Below, one piece after another: positions 57,839-64,000 of a stretch of 64,000 bases of DNA. The position numbers and the translations under genes were made by a program. The stretch spans positions 478,401-542,400 of the forward strand of contig JBIIAM010000001.1 of NCBI GenBank assembly GCA_044239895.1. Direction: 5' to 3'. Within the stretch, counting starts at the first letter, position 1. The number at the start of each line of letters is the position of its first letter. The stretch is from Acidimicrobiales bacterium. Its GTDB lineage: Bacteria > Actinomycetota > Acidimicrobiia > Acidimicrobiales > Acidimicrobilacustridaceae. The notes beneath the pieces are model-generated. The model saw only the letters and a list, made by a program, of their open reading frames with translations. It was not told where the DNA came from and ran no database searches.

Positions 57839-58450
57839 ATGGTCCGCAGATCAGTTCTCGCAATGTTCGCTGTTATGGCGATTGTGTTGGGTTGTGTTGT
57901 TGTTTCGACACCGGCCGGTGCCGTTGTCGATAGCGCGACAATCGTGGCAAGCCCGAACGCCGGCACTAACTACGATGAACTGCGTTCGGTGTCGTGTGTG
58001 AGTGTGTCCGAGTGCGTCGCGGTTGGTTACACGTACACCGACTCGGCCTATGAGACGTTGGCGATGGTGTGGAATGGCAGTGTCTGGTCGATTGTGTCGA
58101 GCCCCAACGCCGGCACCAGCGTCGATGCGCTGATGTCGGTGTCGTGTGTGAGTGTGTCGTCATGTGTTGCGGTTGGTTACACAGACACTGGTTCGGCTAT
58201 TGAGACGTTGGTGATGGTGTGGGATGGCAGCGTGTGGTCGGTTGTGTCAAGCCCCAGTCCCGGCACTATCGACGATGAGATGTTTTCGGTTTCGTGTGTG
58301 AGTGCGTCGGAGTGTGTTGCGGTTGGTTACACGGACATCGGGAACAACATCTATGAGACGTTGGTGCTTTCGTTGACCGGGCCAGTGCCTCCGTCAACAA
58401 CTACAACGACAGTCGCGTCAGACCCGGTTGTCCCTGCGTTCACCGGCTGA
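57839..58450 (+). CDS. secreted protein with three tandem ~48-aa Cys-containing repeats
   Basis: A signal peptide (MVRRSVLAMFAVMAIVLGCVVVSTPAGA) is followed by three copies of SPNAGT..D.L.SVSCVSVS.CVAVGYT.T.S..ETL.MVW.GSVWS.VS. The C-terminus is Thr/Pro-rich. I chose the ATG at 57839 after GGGAG. Confidence 0.7.
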   Translation: MVRRSVLAMFAVMAIVLGCVVVSTPAGAVVDSATIVASPNAGTNYDELRSVSCVSVSECVAVGYTYTDSAYETLAMVWNGSVWSIVSSPNAGTSVDALMSVSCVSVSSCVAVGYTDTGSAIETLVMVWDGSVWSVVSSPSPGTIDDEMFSVSCVSASECVAVGYTDIGNNIYETLVLSLTGPVPPSTTTTTVASDPVVPAFTG

Positions 58451-58491
58451 ACCTGCGGCACTACCGCCACGCCTAATCGGCTCGATTGGAC

Positions 58492-58681
58492 CGCGTTTCA
58501 CTTTTGGCCGAAACGCGTTTCACCATCAGTTTCTGTAAACCCGTTGACCTGCGGGTTTTGAATTACGCGCCATCCCCACGAGGGCGGGGATGGCGCGGAA
58601 CGAGGCGCGAAACTCGGCGCAACGGCCCGGAAGCCATGGGAGAAGGGTAGTTCGGGGTCTATCGGGCGGTCGAAAGTTCAG
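58492..58681 (+). repeat. island repeat, copy D (full length)
   Basis: Three clean hairpins: 58493-58516 (gcgtttc/gaaacgc), 58537-58558 (aaacccg/cgggttt) and 58567-58596 (gcgccatcccc/ggggatggcgc). Confidence 0.9.
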
Positions 58682-58767
58682 TTAGATCAAGGCGAATTCT
58701 CTAACAACCGAAACGGTGGCGTCTCAAGGTCTGGAATTGGGACGGGGTCCTTTTCAGCTTCAACTCT

Positions 58768-58785
58768 GATACCCTTAGGGGTATC
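58768..58785. promoter_or_regulatory. CsoR/CstR-type operator-like palindrome upstream of the SQR-like gene
   Basis: GATACCC-TTAG-GGGTATC has 7-bp perfect arms, lies 29 nt upstream of the ATG, and is followed by AAAGGAGG. The TACCC-N4-GGGTA core resembles operators I recall for CsoR-family repressors. Confidence 0.5.
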
Positions 58786-58813
58786 TAAGAATTGAAAAAA
58801 AGGAGGCCACAGA

Positions 58814-60271
58814 ATGGCCGAGGTTGTGGTTTTGGGAGCGGGGGTTGCGGGCCACACTGCTGCGCTCCATCTCAAGCGGATGTTGCCGAAGGGCGACACT
58901 GTCACGGTCGTGTCGCCGAAGTCCGATTGGAATTGGATCCCATCAAATATTTGGGTTGGGGTAGGAAAGATGGCTCCGGAAAAGGTTGTTTTTCCTCTCG
59001 CACCGATCTATCGGCGTAAGGGAATCAACTTTGTGCAAGGCAAAGCAGTAAGCGTCTACGTCGAGGGGAGGGCTGAGGATCAGCGTCCATTCGTTGAGGT
59101 TGAACTCACCCAGGGAGCAGTTGGCTCCAAGGTGAACGTGCATTATGACTTTCTCGTCAATGCCACTGGCCCGCAGTTGCGATTCGATGCAACGGAAGGA
59201 TTGGGCCCAGAAGCAAATTCGCAATCGGTATGCACCGCTTCACATGCGACTCAAGCATCTGCCGCCCTTGACTCCGCAATTGCTTTGATGGAATCCGGGA
59301 AAAAGCAAACGTTTGTAATTGGAATGGGGCATGGGACATGTACCTGTGAAGGTGCAGCATTTGAATACGTCTTTAATGTTGAACATGTGCTGCGAGAACG
59401 CGGTGTGCGTGAGATGGCTCGTGTCGTCTACCTCACCAATGAACACGAAGTCGGCGATTTTGGGGTCGGTGGAATGTCATTTGAAAAAGATGGCCTGACC
59501 ATCACGAGCGAGCAATGGATGACGCGACTCTTTGCAGAACGAGGCATCGAAGTTATTGCCCAAGCTCATGTGACATCAGTTGAGCCAACTGCGGTCAACT
59601 ACGACCTTATTGACGGAACTTCGAGCTCGCTTGATTTCGATTTCGCAATGCTTCTGCCTCCATTCAAGGGCGTCGGGCTAACGGCAATTGACCGGGAGGG
59701 AAACGATGTCTCGGAGACAGTGTTCGCACCGAGCGGTTTCATGAAGGTTGATGCCAACTACGAGTCGAAACCATTTGAGGATTGGTTGGCTGACGATTGG
59801 CCCAGCACTTACGAGAGCCCGAGCTACCCCAATGTGTTCGCCGCAGGAATTGCTTTTGCGCCTCCACATGCCATCTCTCGTCCATACAAGACGCCGAAGG
59901 GTGACCTTGTCGCTCCAAGTCCTCCTCGAACGGGCATGCCATCGGGAGTCCAGGGAAAGACGGTGGCAGAAACAATTAATGACCGAATCCGACATGGCGA
60001 TCTAGGTCGTGCCGCAAAGCGTGCATCGATGGCTGAAATGGGTGCAGCGTGCATTGCGTCGGTGGGTGCGGGTATTCGAAATGGTGCTGCCGCAACAATC
60101 ACAATGTCGCCGATTGTTCCTGACACGAAACGGTACGGATCAAGTGGCCGTATCGCTAGTCAGACCTTTGGTGAGATTGGGTTAGCGGGGCACTGGATGA
60201 AGCGACTTTTGCACACATTGTTTATCTACAAGGCCAAAGCCCGTCCGGGCTGGTGGCTGATCCCGGAGTGA
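58814..60271 (+). CDS. sulfide:quinone oxidoreductase-like FAD-dependent oxidoreductase
   Basis: Has an N-terminal FAD site (VVVLGAGVAGHTAALHL) and WNWIPSNIWVGVG typical of the SQR/FCSD family. Conserved Cys contexts are GTCTCEGAA and GAACIASVG. A C-terminal amphipathic tail is also present. Confidence 0.7.
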   Translation: MAEVVVLGAGVAGHTAALHLKRMLPKGDTVTVVSPKSDWNWIPSNIWVGVGKMAPEKVVFPLAPIYRRKGINFVQGKAVSVYVEGRAEDQRPFVEVELTQGAVGSKVNVHYDFLVNATGPQLRFDATEGLGPEANSQSVCTASHATQASAALDSAIALMESGKKQTFVIGMGHGTCTCEGAAFEYVFNVEHVLRERGVREMARVVYLTNEHEVGDFGVGGMSFEKDGLTITSEQWMTRLFAERGIEVIAQAHVTSVEPTAVNYDLIDGTSSSLDFDFAMLLPPFKGVGLTAIDREGNDVSETVFAPSGFMKVDANYESKPFEDWLADDWPSTYESPSYPNVFAAGIAFAPPHAISRPYKTPKGDLVAPSPPRTGMPSGVQGKTVAETINDRIRHGDLGRAAKRASMAEMGAACIASVGAGIRNGAAATITMSPIVPDTKRYGSSGRIASQTFGEIGLAGHWMKRLLHTLFIYKAKARPGWWLIPE

Positions 60272-60273
60272 AA

Positions 60274-60411
60274 ATGAATGATCAACGACCACCCACAAAT
60301 ATCGGAACCGGCGTCAATCGCAAAGAACAACGAAAGCGAATGGGATTACTCAGACAAGGCTTTCGATTTTTGGTTCTCAACTTCAAGATCTTTCGTCTGA
60401 CTCGACACTGA
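60274..60411 (+). CDS. candidate 45-aa basic small ORF immediately after the SQR-like gene
   Basis: The ATG lies 2 nt after the sqr stop and encodes MNDQRPPTNIGTGVNRKEQRKRMGLLRQGFRFLVLNFKIFRLTRH. I have no homology evidence, and it may be non-coding. Confidence 0.2.
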   Translation: MNDQRPPTNIGTGVNRKEQRKRMGLLRQGFRFLVLNFKIFRLTRH

Positions 60412-60473
60412 ACCAGACATGAACGAGTGGCACCGCAGATTCTCGGTTCTCGTCGGTTCAAGTTTGAGGTTGA

Positions 60474-61400
60474 TTAGGGAGTGAGCGGTCGAGAGCGAAT
60501 TCTCGCCGCAAGTGCATCAGCGACGAGCGATGTGGCTTGTCTGAAAAGGGGGGCCCTTGGATCCGTGGTCCGCCATACCAATGAAAGTGTTCGACCCCAA
60601 GTCGGATCCGCGAGTTCACGGATTGCCAGCCCACTACCGGCGCGTGCTTCAACCTCAACTGCGCACGCAGGTAGCAATGTTGCGGCGCTACTAGATGCAA
60701 TCATCTGGCTAAGAACAGCGAGGCTCGTTTGGTGCACGCCACGACTATTCGTTGCATCGGCAATGCGGCAAACGTCGAGGATGTGATCGCGGAGACAATG
60801 GCCGTCTTCCAGCAAGAGAAGCTCGAGTCCACTTAGGTCCGTCTCGGTGACAAGCTTGGTTGTGTTGAGAGGGTTTGACTCAGCGAGTGCGAGAACGAAT
60901 GGCTCGAAAAGCAGTTCGCTGACCTCAAGTGATCTGGTCTGGGCGGGAGTGGCTAAGAGGCCAAAGTCAATCCGACCTTGAGCAATTTCGCCTATGAGGT
61001 CGGCTGTTCGTAGCTCATGCAGTTCGAGATGCGCTTCGGGCCAGGATGTTCGCAACGTTCGAGCCAATGTCGAGAAGAGATAAGGGGCAATGGTTGGAAT
61101 TGCGCCGATACGAATTGCGCCTACAACGGCGCCTCGATGAGCCGCTGAGGCGTGGGTCAGTTCGTCGGCCTGAAGTAGCAACATTCGAGCGCGGGTGATG
61201 ACCTCTTCACCAGCGGACGTGGTGATGCAAGACGATCGGTTTCGCTCGAAAAGAACGAACTCAAGGCGTCGTTCAAGCTCGGCGATCTGAGCTGAGAGCC
61301 CCGGTTGAGAAACAAAGAGTGCCTCGGCAGCCCTGCTGAACGAGCCGTGGTCGGCAACGGCGACGGCGTATTCAAGTTGCCGAAAGGTTGGCCGCTCCAC
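60474..61400 (-). CDS. oxyR: LysR-family peroxide sensor OxyR
   Basis: Has a LysR HTH (FRQLEYAVAVADHGSFSRAAEALFVSQPGLSAQI). The OxyR redox pair sits in its canonical context, LLLLEDGHCLRDHILDVC (equivalent to E. coli C199 and C208). Confidence 0.85.
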   Translation of the reverse strand: MERPTFRQLEYAVAVADHGSFSRAAEALFVSQPGLSAQIAELERRLEFVLFERNRSSCITTSAGEEVITRARMLLLQADELTHASAAHRGAVVGAIRIGAIPTIAPYLFSTLARTLRTSWPEAHLELHELRTADLIGEIAQGRIDFGLLATPAQTRSLEVSELLFEPFVLALAESNPLNTTKLVTETDLSGLELLLLEDGHCLRDHILDVCRIADATNSRGVHQTSLAVLSQMIASSSAATLLPACAVEVEARAGSGLAIRELADPTWGRTLSLVWRTTDPRAPLFRQATSLVADALAARIRSRPLTP

Positions 61401-61409
61401 TTCCCTAGT

Positions 61410-63692
<2,283 letters not shown>

Positions 63693-63749
63693 GGAACTTC
63701 GGTCGGGAGTGATGTGTGCGAAATTGATTCCGAACACCTCACTCCCGAT

Positions 63750-63939
63750 CGCGTTTCACTTTTGGCCGAAACGCGTTTCACCACCTATTTCTGTAAACCC
63801 GTTGACCTGCGGGTTTTGAATTACGCGCCATCCCCACGAGGGCGGGGATGGACCGGAACGCGGCACGAAACTGTCGTGTGGCGGCCCGGGGCCATGGGCT
63901 GAGGGTAGTTCGGGGCATGTTGGGCGGTCGAACGTTCAG
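63750..63939 (+). repeat. island repeat, copy E (full length; right half nearly identical to copy A)
   Basis: The left half resembles B, C and D. The right half is of the A subtype (ggaccggaacgcggcacgaaactgtcgtgtggcggcccggggccatggg). The motif gtcgaccggcaaagggtctctcgact follows it, and the same motif follows copy C. Confidence 0.9.
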
Positions 63940-64000
63940 TGGCGACTACGTTTTCCGAGTCGACCGGCAAAGGGTCTCTCGACTATCTGGTCAAAGGGTG

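Noticed and set aside
57950-58350. Tandem DNA repeats in the secreted repeat-protein gene as a diversity-generating retroelement target or template.
   Set aside because: There is no reverse transcriptase gene or template repeat outside the ORF. Differences between repeats are not biased to adenine positions. It is an ordinary internal domain triplication.

Overview
This is a high-GC, densely coding chromosome segment of actinobacterial type. The markers are a WhiB-like regulator, the mycothiol glycosyltransferase MshA, Rex, oligoribonuclease, and many 4-nt or 1-nt start/stop overlaps.

Positions 1-43 kb look like ordinary core genome:
- envelope and housekeeping genes: NfeD, FxsA, dUTPase, Orn, ProC
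- a heme block: SirC-HemA-HemC
- metal homeostasis: a P-type ATPase, CopZ/CopA, and an MgtE-N/CBS protein with NRAMP
- a four-gene glycan-modification operon
- two universal stress proteins, a DsbB/thioredoxin pair, and a photolyase-related protein
- two tandemly duplicated orphan solute-binding proteins flanked by paralogous DHA2 MFS pumps
- tRNA-Lys(UUU)

From tRNA-Arg(CCU) at 44.5 kb to the right edge, the character changes to an accessory region. It is cut into modules by five same-orientation copies of a structured repeat of about 190 bp. The right half of that repeat is homologous to the 5' end and leader of the tRNA.

The modules carry, in order:
- a tyrosine-recombinase-like gene lacking the catalytic Tyr, coupled to a 531-aa protein with Tn5/IS4-like D..D..E and (F)REK spacing
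- a Cas4/AddB-like Fe-S nuclease with a small coupled partner
- a complete type I R-M system (HTH-hsdM-hsdS-hsdR) followed by a pentapeptide-repeat protein
- a CGNR / RidA / DUF1272 cassette with a 33-bp palindrome
- a secreted Cys-rich tandem-repeat protein
- an SQR-like flavoprotein behind a CsoR/CstR-type palindrome
- a divergent oxyR-katG pair

The repeat-partitioned, tRNA-5'-anchored array with a degenerate recombinase is the most unusual thing I can see. No CRISPR array, rRNA or phage structural genes were seen. All calls come from reading the translations and sequence by eye; no database search was run.
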